From positions 160,001-224,000 of the forward strand of contig CAWDSQ010000024.1 in the NCBI GenBank assembly GCA_963804955.1: a stretch of 64,000 nucleotides of DNA. Direction: 5' to 3'. The DNA is from an uncultured delta proteobacterium (GTDB lineage Bacteria > Desulfobacterota > WTBG01 > CAIYCZ01 > CAIRTM01). The notes under the pieces are model-generated. The model was not told the DNA's origin. It searched no databases and saw only the letters and a list, made by a program, of their open reading frames with translations. The position numbers and the translations under genes are program-made. Shown here one piece after another: positions 1 through 8,759 of the stretch (position 1 is the stretch's first letter; every line of letters begins with the position of its first letter).

Positions 1-70
1 TAGATGCTCACTAATTAGGTAACTTTTTTGGTCGATATACATAGTATAATAATCCAAAGGAGATACGGCT

Positions 71-880
71 ATGGTAATCCCATGGTACGGTTTGGTTTTT
101 TTTATCTGCTATCTAGTCGTCATCTGGTTCATAAACGCTCTGATGATGCGAAGCCTGCGGGGCATGGCGGGGCAGAAGAAGAAGCATGCAACATGGCTTG
201 CCCTGTCAAATATCTGTCTTGCCGCGGGAGACACCGTGCTGTTTCTCAGCCTGCTGATCAGCTTCGTGCAGAATGCGGCGCCGTGCGAGTTCTCATTTTT
301 TTATCTGCCCCTCTTTTCGTCAATGCCCGGCACGCAGTTCCTGACCGTGCCCGGAGGGATATTCGCCACATCGGTTACCATGTCCCTGTATTATCTTTTT
401 CTGGCGCTGTATGTTCGTGACGTGTTTGAAACCGGCATGACCGGCCCGGCAATGGCTGCCGTATATGTCCTGTGCGCGGCACGGATGCTGCTGCTGCTCT
501 CTCCTGACAATATCTGGCTTGCTTCCTGCCTGCCGGCCAATACGCCCAATTACAGCGCCTGGCTGCGCAATGCGCCGTTTTTTGCTTACGGTATGCTTGC
601 CATTCTGGCACTGGCCCGCGCCACGCGTCGGGCGGGCTCTCATGGCGGGAGCCGGGGTACAGGGTATTTGAAAAATATGACTGCTGTGATAGCCGCTTTG
701 CTGTGCTCCTTCACCTTTTATGGCATTGACATCTTTTTCTCGCACAAGATCGGCGGAATGGGCATATGGATGGCCATGATAGCCAAAACCATCGCCTATA
801 TTGTTGCGGCGATTGCCATGTGGCGTGCGGAGTTTAAAAGCGGACCGGAGCCGAGCGGCAGTTTATTATCTGACATATGA
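71..880 (+). CDS. Multi-pass membrane protein of unknown function
   Basis: 269 aa ORF with about 7 hydrophobic segments; motifs GD..., TSVTM.LYY, R..L.L.P.N.W, W.RN.PF and KT.AY resemble a conserved hypothetical membrane family. Confidence 0.65.
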   Translation: MVIPWYGLVFFICYLVVIWFINALMMRSLRGMAGQKKKHATWLALSNICLAAGDTVLFLSLLISFVQNAAPCEFSFFYLPLFSSMPGTQFLTVPGGIFATSVTMSLYYLFLALYVRDVFETGMTGPAMAAVYVLCAARMLLLLSPDNIWLASCLPANTPNYSAWLRNAPFFAYGMLAILALARATRRAGSHGGSRGTGYLKNMTAVIAALLCSFTFYGIDIFFSHKIGGMGIWMAMIAKTIAYIVAAIAMWRAEFKSGPEPSGSLLSDI

Positions 881-1062
881 AGAATGTTACCCCGTTTGCA
901 CTTCTGTATATCATGGTATTATCAGTAATAAACAGACTATTCAATAATGTATTTGACAATATTACTATAGTTTGAAATAAACAAATTAAACAAAAATCGG
1001 AAATCACAGAATTCTATAATATATGTTAGGCGTTTTCTTTACAACAACAAGGTGAATAAACT

Positions 1063-2241
1063 GTGAATCGAAATGATGAAAAACTTGAAGTGAGGAAACT
1101 TACAGTAGAGTTAGCCCTTGCCAATAAAGAACTTGCTCTTCAAAAAGAAGAGAAGAGAAAACGGGCAGCAGAGTTAGTCATTGCCAACAAAGAACTTGCT
1201 CTTCAGAAAGAAGAAAAAAGAAAACGGGCAGCAGAGTTAGTCATTGCCAACAAAGAACTTGCTTTTCAGAACGAAGAGAAAAGAAAAACGGGCAACAGAG
1301 TTAGTCATTGCCAACAAAGAACTTGCTTTTCAGAATGAAGAGAAAGAAAAACGGGCAGCAGAGTTAGTCATTGCCAACAAAGAACTTGCTTTTCAAAATG
1401 AAGAGAAAGAAAAACGGGCAGCAGAGTTAGTCATTGCCAACAAAGAACTTGCTTTTCAGAAACGAAGAGAAAGAAAAACGGGCAGCAGAATTAGTCATTG
1501 CCAACAAAGAACTTGCTTTTCAAAACGAAGAGAAAGAAAAACGGGCAGCAGAATTAGTCATTGCCAACAAAGAACTTGCTTTTCAGAACTGAAGAGAAAG
1601 AAAAACGGGCAGCAGAGTTAGTCCTTGCCAACAAAGAACTTGCTTTTCAGACTGAAGAGAAGAGAAAACGGGCAGCAGAGTTGGTCCTTGCCGACAAAGA
1701 ACTTGCTCTTCAGTATGACAAGAGAAAAAAAGCAGAGGTATTGGCAACGCATGACCATTTAACAGGATTACCCAATCGAGTCTTGCTCAATGATCGCATC
1801 AATCAATACTTACTTCTAGCCAAGCGAACGAAGACATTGGCAGGTTTGATAACTTTAGACATAGATGGATTCAAACAGATAAATGATACTTATGGACATC
1901 ATATAGGCGATGTCGTTTTAATGTCAATTGCAAAACGATTAACTGAACTAATTCGGGAATCAGACACAATTGCACGTCTTGGAGGAGATGAGTTCATTCT
2001 GCTCGCTACAGAAGCCAAGAGTATGAACGATATCAAGAATCTCGCCAATCGTATTTTGAAGATTGTCCAAAATCCAATTATTGTGGGCAAACAAAAAATT
2101 ATGGTTAAAATTAGTATTGGCATCGCCTGCTATCCATCTAGTGGACAAACAGCCAAGACATTAATGAACAATTCGGATAAAGCCTTATATGCTGCTAAAG
2201 CACAAGGCAAAAACTGCTATGCAATTTGGGGGGTCAAATGA
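1063..2241 (+). CDS. Diguanylate cyclase (GGDEF) with N-terminal 21-aa coiled-coil repeats; split by three +1 indels
   Basis: HDHLTGLPNR, DIDGFKQINDTYGH, RESD I-site and RLGGDEF in ORF 1561-2241; ORFs 1063-1338 and 1244-1621 carry the same repeat; first and last ORF are in the same frame. Confidence 0.85.
1108..1735 (+). repeat. Ten tandem ~63-bp coding repeats (EKEKRAAELVIANKELAFQNE)
   Basis: TTGCC-A/G-A-C/T-AAAGAACTTGC recurs at 1118, 1181, 1244, 1308, 1371, 1434, 1498, 1561, 1625 and 1688 (spacing 63 or 64). Confidence 0.97.
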
Positions 2242-2358
2242 TATGTATATAAACTAAAGTACGTTGTTGACAAATTGTACATGCTTAAATCCCCCCGCTT
2301 CTGTTTTTAATATTTTAAACCGCCAACAACATATTAATTCTGGACAATAATTTAGTTC

Positions 2359-2439
2359 GTAGGGCGGGTGCTAACCCGCCATTTTTAATTCATGATAACC
2401 CTTATCTGACTTATTGCGCGGCGGGTTAGCACCCGCCCT
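2359..2439. repeat. GTAG-type REP doublet (REPIN-like), copy 1; right REP interrupted by IS110
   Basis: GTAGGGCGGGTGCTAACCCGCC (2359-2380) and inverted GGCGGGTTAGCACCCGCCCT (2420-2439) around a 39-nt spacer; near-identical copy at 5114-5205. Confidence 0.85.
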
Positions 2440-2539
2440 TCTATGAGGACCGTTGTCAAGCCTCGGGTTAATTTTTTTTGTTTTTTTCTTTCTTTATCTT
2501 TTGATACTCATTCCGTTTTGGCCGGTTGGGCTTGTCGTT

Positions 2540-2705
2540 TTCCGGGAACCTTGCCCGGAACCACCTTCTATCCGTGCCGGTATTATAACCGTGCATCCAC
2601 ATACTGCGTGCGCCAATTGGCGTCAGTCCAACCAGTTTAAGAAGCCTTCAATCTACAAAGACGGTGCTTTTAGACCCAGGGCGGGTACGAAGGGCTTCAC
2701 CAACT
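2540..2705 (-). ncRNA. Candidate bridge RNA / seekRNA of the IS110 element (ends approximate)
   Basis: Two stem-loops carry guides matching the target (ACCCGCCCT at 2686-2678; TGTAG at 2657-2653) and the donor junction (AGTAT at 2605-2601; ATAGAAG at 2571-2565). Confidence 0.7.
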
Positions 2706-2745
2706 GGAATGCCTATCAAATCCTTTTCCTCCTGTTGTATGTCCT

Positions 2746-3888
2746 TTATGCCATCTTCAGTATCGCGCCTTCCGGCACGATGTCGTGATCAACATACTTC
2801 CACAGCGCTATGAGCAGTTTTCTGGCCAGCGCCACGATCCCTATTCGCCTCATTCGCTTGTTGCCCCCTCCAAAGCGCTCATGAAACCACGTGCTTAGCT
2901 TACTGCCAGGCTGCCATCTCAGCCATCCCCAGGCTAGCTCTATCAGCAAAGCTCGTATCCGCCGATTGCCCGCTTTGCTTATCCCTTGCTCAATCTGCAT
3001 ATCCCCGCTACTGTAGGGCATTGGCGCAAGACCCGCTGCACCTCCCACCTGCTTCACATTCTTGAATTCCCGCCAGCCAAAAAACTCATAGATCAAATCC
3101 CATGAACTGATCGGCCCAATTGCCCGTATCCGGGCAAGCTTGCTTACCTTGCGCATTTGTTCAGGACTTGCCGCAAGCTGCCGCTTCTTTTCCTCTTGTA
3201 TCTGCCTCAGCTGCCGGTCCAGCACCCCTATCCGTTCATACTCCCGCTTCATCTCCTGCACGATATGCTCTGGCAGTTTGCTTCCATCCCAGGCTCGCAC
3301 TTCTTCTAGCAGCTTCAGAAATTTACTGCCTACCTCTGCATGTATCCCATACAATACAAGTAATGACTTTATCCGGCTTACATGTGCTCCCCGTTCCTTT
3401 AACAGCCGATCCCGCTCTCGGTTGAGTCGCCGTTCATCTTCCTGTTCCTGTGTCGGAACCCGTACCACACTCCAGACTTTCTGCTCTCCTCCCAAGTGCC
3501 GTATCAGCATGGTTAACAACTTTAACCCATCTACCCGGTCCGTCTTGGCCCGCCGATGCCGCCGGTTCACTTCGATACTGGCCGAGTCCACCACGATATT
3601 CTTTATCCCTATGCTCTCCAAATACCGATGTATCCAAAACCCGTCTCGTCCCGATTCATAACAGCTGTATATGGCGCAATCTTCATCCAGGCTAAAATGC
3701 TTCCGGGCCTTGACCAGCTCTTCCTTAAACTCTTCAAGATCTGCTGATGTTATTGTTCGCTCCCTCCTGCGTTGCCCGTCCCCAAACGTCAGGTTCCATT
3801 TCTTGTTGGACAGTTCAAGGGATATGTACAAAACCTGCTTACCTGTGCTATTCTTTGCCTCGGTTTGGATCATTTGATTGTTCGCCAT
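2746..3888 (-). CDS. IS110-family transposase/recombinase (DEDD RuvC plus Tnp domain)
   Basis: ISLELS, CYESGRDGFW, KTDRVDG, and C-terminal GLAPMPYSSG...GISKAGN...VALARKL; SD AAAGGAG upstream. Confidence 0.95.
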   Translation of the reverse strand: MANNQMIQTEAKNSTGKQVLYISLELSNKKWNLTFGDGQRRRERTITSADLEEFKEELVKARKHFSLDEDCAIYSCYESGRDGFWIHRYLESIGIKNIVVDSASIEVNRRHRRAKTDRVDGLKLLTMLIRHLGGEQKVWSVVRVPTQEQEDERRLNRERDRLLKERGAHVSRIKSLLVLYGIHAEVGSKFLKLLEEVRAWDGSKLPEHIVQEMKREYERIGVLDRQLRQIQEEKKRQLAASPEQMRKVSKLARIRAIGPISSWDLIYEFFGWREFKNVKQVGGAAGLAPMPYSSGDMQIEQGISKAGNRRIRALLIELAWGWLRWQPGSKLSTWFHERFGGGNKRMRRIGIVALARKLLIALWKYVDHDIVPEGAILKMA

Positions 3889-3930
3889 GTTTGTCTCCTT
3901 TATGCTGAAAGTTATTGACGTGACTTTTTT

Positions 3931-3958
3931 AGCATATCCGAGACGTGACGCCTGTCAA
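3931..3958 (-). promoter_or_regulatory. Putative sigma70 promoter for the transposase
   Basis: Minus strand TTGACA-N16-TATGCT about 45 nt upstream of the start codon. Confidence 0.5.
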
Positions 3959-3959
3959 A

Positions 3960-4020
3960 TGATCCTTTCCTTCATAGTATCTACCGGCTAATACTTGATC
4001 CTTTCCTTCATAGTATCTAC
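3960..4020. repeat. Direct duplication of the 25-bp IS end
   Basis: TGATCCTTTCCTTCATAGTATCTAC at 3960-3984 and 3996-4020. Confidence 0.95.
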
Positions 4021-4028
4021 AGACTGTT

Positions 4029-4472
4029 TTAATCTTGCGCCAGAACTTTTTTGGCAATCATCCGTTTATAAATCCACTGTGAGATATTAATAAAATAAAC
4101 AGCATTGGCAAAAAGCATGCATGCGGCCAATCCGTTCTGGCCCCAGTTTAACCAGAGCCCGGCAAAATAGAAAATATACGATAAAATAGCCGCCAGATTG
4201 CCAACATCCTCCCAGAAGAATTCACGGCACATGAAATATTTATTATAGAACTGCTTCTCCCAAATTATACCGATTATGGTATTGACCCAAAGCAGCACAA
4301 AATTAATCCAGAAGGTGATCAGCGCGCCGGTCCATCCCTGGCCGGTGAGCAGGACACGCAGCACATAATACAAGCTCATGAATAAAATTAAAATCTGCAC
4401 CCCGCCTATCATCATCATCGCGCGGGTCAGCGGCGACGCGTCCTGCCGGGTCTTTTGTTCTGCTGTATACAT
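4029..4472 (-). CDS. BchF-like membrane protein (3-vinyl bacteriochlorophyllide hydratase family homolog)
   Basis: MYTAEQ..R.DASP, LTG.G, G.IWEK, EFFWEDVG and Y.IN..Q match BchF hallmarks; AGGAGG SD places the start at 4472 (147 aa). Confidence 0.75.
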   Translation of the reverse strand: MYTAEQKTRQDASPLTRAMMMIGGVQILILFMSLYYVLRVLLTGQGWTGALITFWINFVLLWVNTIIGIIWEKQFYNKYFMCREFFWEDVGNLAAILSYIFYFAGLWLNWGQNGLAACMLFANAVYFINISQWIYKRMIAKKVLAQD

Positions 4473-4488
4473 AAGGACCTCCTGTCGT

Positions 4489-4739
4489 TTATTTTCCAGT
4501 TCCAAGTTGTTTGGACACGGTTGCTTCGTCATTCATGCCGAACTGCTTTTCAACTCGGCGATATAAGCCGGTTGTTAATGCATTGACTTGATCTGATGTT
4601 CTATGGCCACCCCATACATGCTTAAGATAAAAGACCAGAAATTTCCGGTACAGCTTCATGGGCATGAAACGACGGAGAACGTCACATAGTATAACCTGTT
4701 CAGAACCAGTTGCTTTGAAAAAAAAGCTGGGAAATTCAT
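4489..4739 (-). CDS. Possible small hypothetical protein (~83 aa) upstream of the bchF-like gene; needs one indel in an A8 run
   Basis: Reads MNFPAFFF/KATGSEQVILCDVLRRFMPMKLYRKFLVFYLKHVWGG...LGTGK*; stop abuts the SD of the bchF-like gene. Confidence 0.35.
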
Positions 4740-4841
4740 CTGTTTATTTTGTTCGATCATGCGGTTTATTGCGCTGAACATGCAGCAGGTTCCAAACAAA
4801 ATTATAACAAGGTGTTTAAAAAAATTTGTTTCTTTAAGGAA

Positions 4842-4870
4842 AGTATAAATTCAACGGCTTTTGCTGTCAA
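4842..4870 (-). promoter_or_regulatory. sigma70 promoter upstream of the bchF-like unit
   Basis: Minus strand TTGACA-N17-TATACT. Confidence 0.6.
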
Positions 4871-5026
4871 TAAAATAGTACATGCGCGTTTACAAATTTT
4901 CAAGCTTTGCATCTTACCAGTTTATCCGTCACAACGTACCCACATATTTTTAAATTTTCACCGTTGCGAAAAATTGCCTGGGAATAAATCGAAAACAGCA
5001 AACAATTTAGCCTCACAGTCCGTCAT

Positions 5027-5110
5027 TCATTCAACTTCTTTTTCAGGCCGGTACTCTCCAAGCTCCTTGCCGCCGAACTGCGTAATGGTCAACTTGAAAA
5101 AATTTGAATG
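5027..5110 (-). pseudogene. 3-prime remnant of the PNPOx-like gene at 7025-7522
   Basis: 5029-5110 matches 7027-7108 at 80/82 nt; encodes HSNFFKLTITQFGGKELGEYRPEKEVE*. Confidence 0.85.
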
Positions 5111-5113
5111 CCC

Positions 5114-5205
5114 AGTTCGACGGGCGGGTGCTAACCCGCCATTTTTAATTCATGATAACCCTTATCTGACTTATTGCGGCGGGTTAGCACCCGCCCTTCA
5201 CACTG
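5114..5205. repeat. REP doublet, copy 2 (uninterrupted)
   Basis: Same inverted pair and spacer as 2359-2439; ends in ACCCGCCCTTCACACTG. Confidence 0.85.
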
Positions 5206-5288
5206 AAGGCAAGGACGCGTTTGTGTAATTTGTCAACAACGCTCAAGCTACCACATATAAATTTGAATCAACCTTCTTGTTTGTGATG

Positions 5289-6927
5289 CTAACGAACAGT
5301 GCGCGACATATGTATAAGCTGCACGGTATCATTGGCATCAAAAATCATAAAACGCGGTTCCGGTGAGAGCTTTCTTTTTGGCCATACCGTCCACTCCGGC
5401 AGTTCCGGCACGTTCGGATCGCCCGTCCGGGCAAACTGGGCATTATAGGCCATTATGGCATCCGTTAGCGCCTGCCAGCCCGGGCGATTGTCTTCCCGGA
5501 AGATGAGCTTCTCAATACCGTCAAAAACGGGAGAATGACCCGGTAAGGCCGAAATTAAAGGGTATATCAAGGCCGTGGCAGGCCCCGAGTGCCTGGGCCC
5601 AGCTCATTCTATTTGTAGGGCCAATGTCGGTGGGCCAGGCATTATAGCCGAACCTGCGGTACTGGCCGTACTCAAAGATATAGCTGTAGACACCCGGCTG
5701 CGTGTCATGCGCGCTCATTTTGTATGCCAGGGAATCAAGCCCCGTGATGCGGGAAATCTGCGTTCCCTGTTTGCCAATCAACTGATAAAGGCTTTTAGGA
5801 AAAAACTTATACACACCAAACAGATACATGAACAGCTTGCCTTCTTCAGACGTGCTGCCGATGATAATCGGAACCTGGGCATATTTTGCAGGATCGTCAA
5901 AGGCGCCGGCGCCCTCGGCAGGAATGACCGCTCCATCGTTGAAAACATCCGGATTGCCCTTCAGCCCGGAGGTTGCCGAAAAAAAGTCTGCCGTGGTTTT
6001 TGACAGCAGATAGGCCCTGATCCCGGCATTGCTCATGCTCTCCCGCTCAGCGGCTGCCTGGTCCGCAGGCGTTCCATCCTTCACCAGCAGGGCCTCGATG
6101 ACGCTGTTGGCGTATTCTTCGCCCTCTTCCACTGATTTGGGCGCAAGGCCGCCGCTCTGCGATATGACCCGGTGAAAGAGGCCTTTGGCCGGGGGTGAAA
6201 TCATCAGGATCAAGCCATTCACCCCGCCTGCCGACTCTCCGGCAACGGTAATATTGTTCGGGCTGCCGCCGAAGGCCTCGATATTGTCGCGCACCCAGGC
6301 AAGGGCTTTTATGATATCAAGGATGGCAAAATTGCCGGAGCCGCTGAGGGGGTCCCGGCCTTCGCGCAGCGCCGGGTGGGTGAACCATCCCAGGGGGCCA
6401 AGCCGGTAGTTGATGGTAACAACAACCATGTTGTTCCTGCCGGCCAGAGCCGCACTGATGTAGGGGTCGGCAGAGCCGACCTTGTTGCTGCCGCCATGAA
6501 TCCAGAAGTAAACGGGCAGATTTTTCTCTGTTGAGCGCGGCCGCCATATATTCAGATAGAGGCAATCCTCGCTGCCCTTGAGGACGGTTGTGCCATTGTC
6601 AGAAGCGGTTTGCGGGCACCAGCTGCAGAACTCTGTGCTCTGTTTTGTCTCCATCCAGGCATCAGGATCCTGCGGCGCTTGCCAGCGCAGCTCTCCCACC
6701 GGGGGCCGGGCATACGGGATGGCCTTCCAGACCCGGGTTGTATAATTATCTTCAAAGCCCTTAACAGCGCCCCGGTTTGTGGTGACGGTTGCAGTATCCT
6801 CCCATGAAGCTGCTGCATACGCATTCGGGGTCGGACCGCTGCCGCCGTCTGCCTGCATGCCCGGAACAGCCGACAGGGCAAAAAGCAGAGCGGCAAAAAA
6901 AGCTGTTCGCAGGATATGTGTGCTCAT
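5289..6927 (-). CDS. Secreted carboxylesterase type B (alpha/beta hydrolase); one frameshift near 5525-5570
   Basis: Signal peptide, IPYARPPVGELRW, SEDCLYLNIW, WIHGG, nucleophile GESAG, ACHGLDIPF; C-terminus continues in ORF 5289-5570 (FARTGDPN...W). Confidence 0.9.
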
Positions 6928-7024
6928 AGGCTTCCTCCCTGTTCAATAAAAAGGAATGAAGGTTTGTGCATGCTGGATTAATCAGGGATAGCCACCGATG
7001 CTGCGCTCCCCTTCTGTCCTTTCT

Positions 7025-7522
7025 TTATTCAACTTCTTTTTCAGGCCGGTACTCTCCAAGCTCCTTGCCGCCGAACTGCGTAATGGTCATCTTGAAAAAA
7101 TTCGAATGTTCGGGGTCCTTCAGGATAGGGCCGAGAAATTTATCTTTCAAGCCAGGCGGAAACATGCCCCGGGCTTCCATCGTGTCGCCGAGTGCCATGA
7201 TCTCCTTCGGGTCGGTAATCTGCGAAAGCTCTCCGTCGAGAATGACGCTCCACCAGCCCCGCCGCCGCGGATCGCCGCCAATCTGAAAGGTATGAAAGAC
7301 CGTAAAGCAGACATTTTTGCAGGTCTTAAAGTAGTTGTACTTTCTGCCGCTCAAGCCCAGGCCGAAGTACAAACCGCCATTATCGTAATGCGTATAGGTG
7401 AGCGGCACGCCATAGGGCCGGCTGCCGTCGGTGAAGCACAATACGCCGTCGCGCTTGGATTTCAGCAGCTCTTCAATTCTCGGCTTTTCCAAAAACAGTG
7501 ATTGTGTTTTAAGCTCTGCCAT
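7025..7522 (-). CDS. Pyridoxamine 5'-phosphate oxidase-like FMN-binding split-barrel protein (NimA-like)
   Basis: GVLCF..G.RPYGVPL.Y, LYF...GRK, NVCFTV, WWSVIL.G. Confidence 0.8.
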   Translation of the reverse strand: MAELKTQSLFLEKPRIEELLKSKRDGVLCFTDGSRPYGVPLTYTHYDNGGLYFGLGLSGRKYNYFKTCKNVCFTVFHTFQIGGDPRRRGWWSVILDGELSQITDPKEIMALGDTMEARGMFPPGLKDKFLGPILKDPEHSNFFKMTITQFGGKELGEYRPEKEVE

Positions 7523-7630
7523 AGGGTACTCCTTTTAAAATAATTAGAATTCAGAAGCCAGTAGCCGGAATTCAGAATGAAGACAATAAAATCAAAAAAT
7601 AATTGATTGAATCGGTGCGCGGTGCGAACC

Positions 7631-8188
7631 CTACCTGCTTTCCTGTTTCTCCCACACCACATTGCGAAATCCTTTGCGCAGGTCAAGATAGCGTATCTTA
7701 TGCGGTTCAATGGTTATGATATTGAAATTGACATTGTTTACCGCCTGCTCAAGCCCCTGTGCAGCCACGGCCTCTCTGTTGCGGAAATATTTCATGACCT
7801 CCTGCGCCCGGGCCGGATCGTCATTTTTTTTAAACAGCGTTGCGCTGCCCCATACCTGCAGCCCCGAGGCGCTCAGATAGTCTTTTTCGGGATAATACGG
7901 ATCATTGATGGTGTAGGACACGGAAGGATTTTTTTGCATGCTTAAAATCTTGCTGCCCCCTTCGGACAGAATATAGACGGTCAGCCCGTTGTTGAAATAT
8001 TCCAGCGTGGTGCAGCGCGGCTCATTGTCGCGGCAGGTGGCAAGGTTGAGCACATTGTGCGAGCTGATGTAGGCAGCGGCGACTTTTTCAAACTCAGCGG
8101 CAGACATGGCTTCGATAAGATGGATGCCGAACTTTTCGAAGACAGCCTGCTCCTGCCTGTTTGCATGGGGGATTATAAGCTTTGGCAT
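7631..8188 (-). CDS. Pyridoxamine 5'-phosphate oxidase-family protein
   Basis: LNLATCRDNEPRCT.LEY, EGGSK...NPSVSYTI, GLQVWGSA; start may be 8188 or 8203. Confidence 0.8.
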   Translation of the reverse strand: MPKLIIPHANRQEQAVFEKFGIHLIEAMSAAEFEKVAAAYISSHNVLNLATCRDNEPRCTTLEYFNNGLTVYILSEGGSKILSMQKNPSVSYTINDPYYPEKDYLSASGLQVWGSATLFKKNDDPARAQEVMKYFRNREAVAAQGLEQAVNNVNFNIITIEPHKIRYLDLRKGFRNVVWEKQESR

Positions 8189-8263
8189 AGCTGAAGACTC
8201 CATAAAAACAGAAATAAAAAAACAGAGGCCGGCATTCAGAAGTCAGAATAGAGAAAATAAAAA

Positions 8264-8500
8264 TCAGTTTATCGGTGGGCATAGCCCGGAAACCTTCTTG
8301 TTCTTTTCTATAAACCCCATTTTTCTGCCTTTTCGGGATATGGTCAGACAGATGGTTCCGGAATCATATAAATATGCCAGGGGTATGCCGTACGCGGCGC
8401 CAACGCCGGCAAGCGATAAAACGCCGACCTTATTCTGGCGTAAGAACGACTCGATGGCCTGCATTGAAAGTTCTTTTACATTGCTCTTTGTTTTCATCAA
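8264..8500 (-). pseudogene. Truncated PNPOx-like paralog (N-terminal half only)
   Basis: FLRQNKVGVLSL...AYGIPLAY.Y...GRKM.FIEKN.KVS, then stops at 78 aa. Confidence 0.6.
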
Positions 8501-8759
8501 GGTTCCCTTTAAAAAATTACACGCTTGTTTTATTTTTGAATTGTTAATGGCGTGTGAAGTTCGTGCGGCTTTGTTCTCACCGGCTTTATAAGCATAAAAT
8601 ATTATAATGAATACTTATGAAATTTTGTAAAATCTGTCAATTGTAAAAACAACTTCGGCATGCATAAGCAAACAACCCGAGAATCAAAAGCAGTTGACAG
8701 TGTGCGCAGTGTGCACCGCATGACGATAGGGTATTTAAAAAATGGCGCGCAGTGCGCAG

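Larger units (their letters stand above)
2440..4016 (-). mobile_element. IS110-family insertion sequence (IS1111-like layout, long non-coding end downstream of the transposase), flanked by CT cores
   Basis: CT core at 2438-2439 and 4017-4018; subterminal inverted motifs CTATGAGG / CTTCATAG; removing the element restores the REP sequence ACCCGCCCTACAGACTG. Confidence 0.85.

Noticed and set aside
1108..1735. CRISPR-like array
   Set aside because: The units are contiguous 63-bp coding repeats with no unique spacers, and no cas genes are present
2443..2788. Plus-strand ORFs of 65 and 111 aa at the IS end
   Set aside because: No recognisable motifs; the region is better explained as the structured non-coding end of the IS
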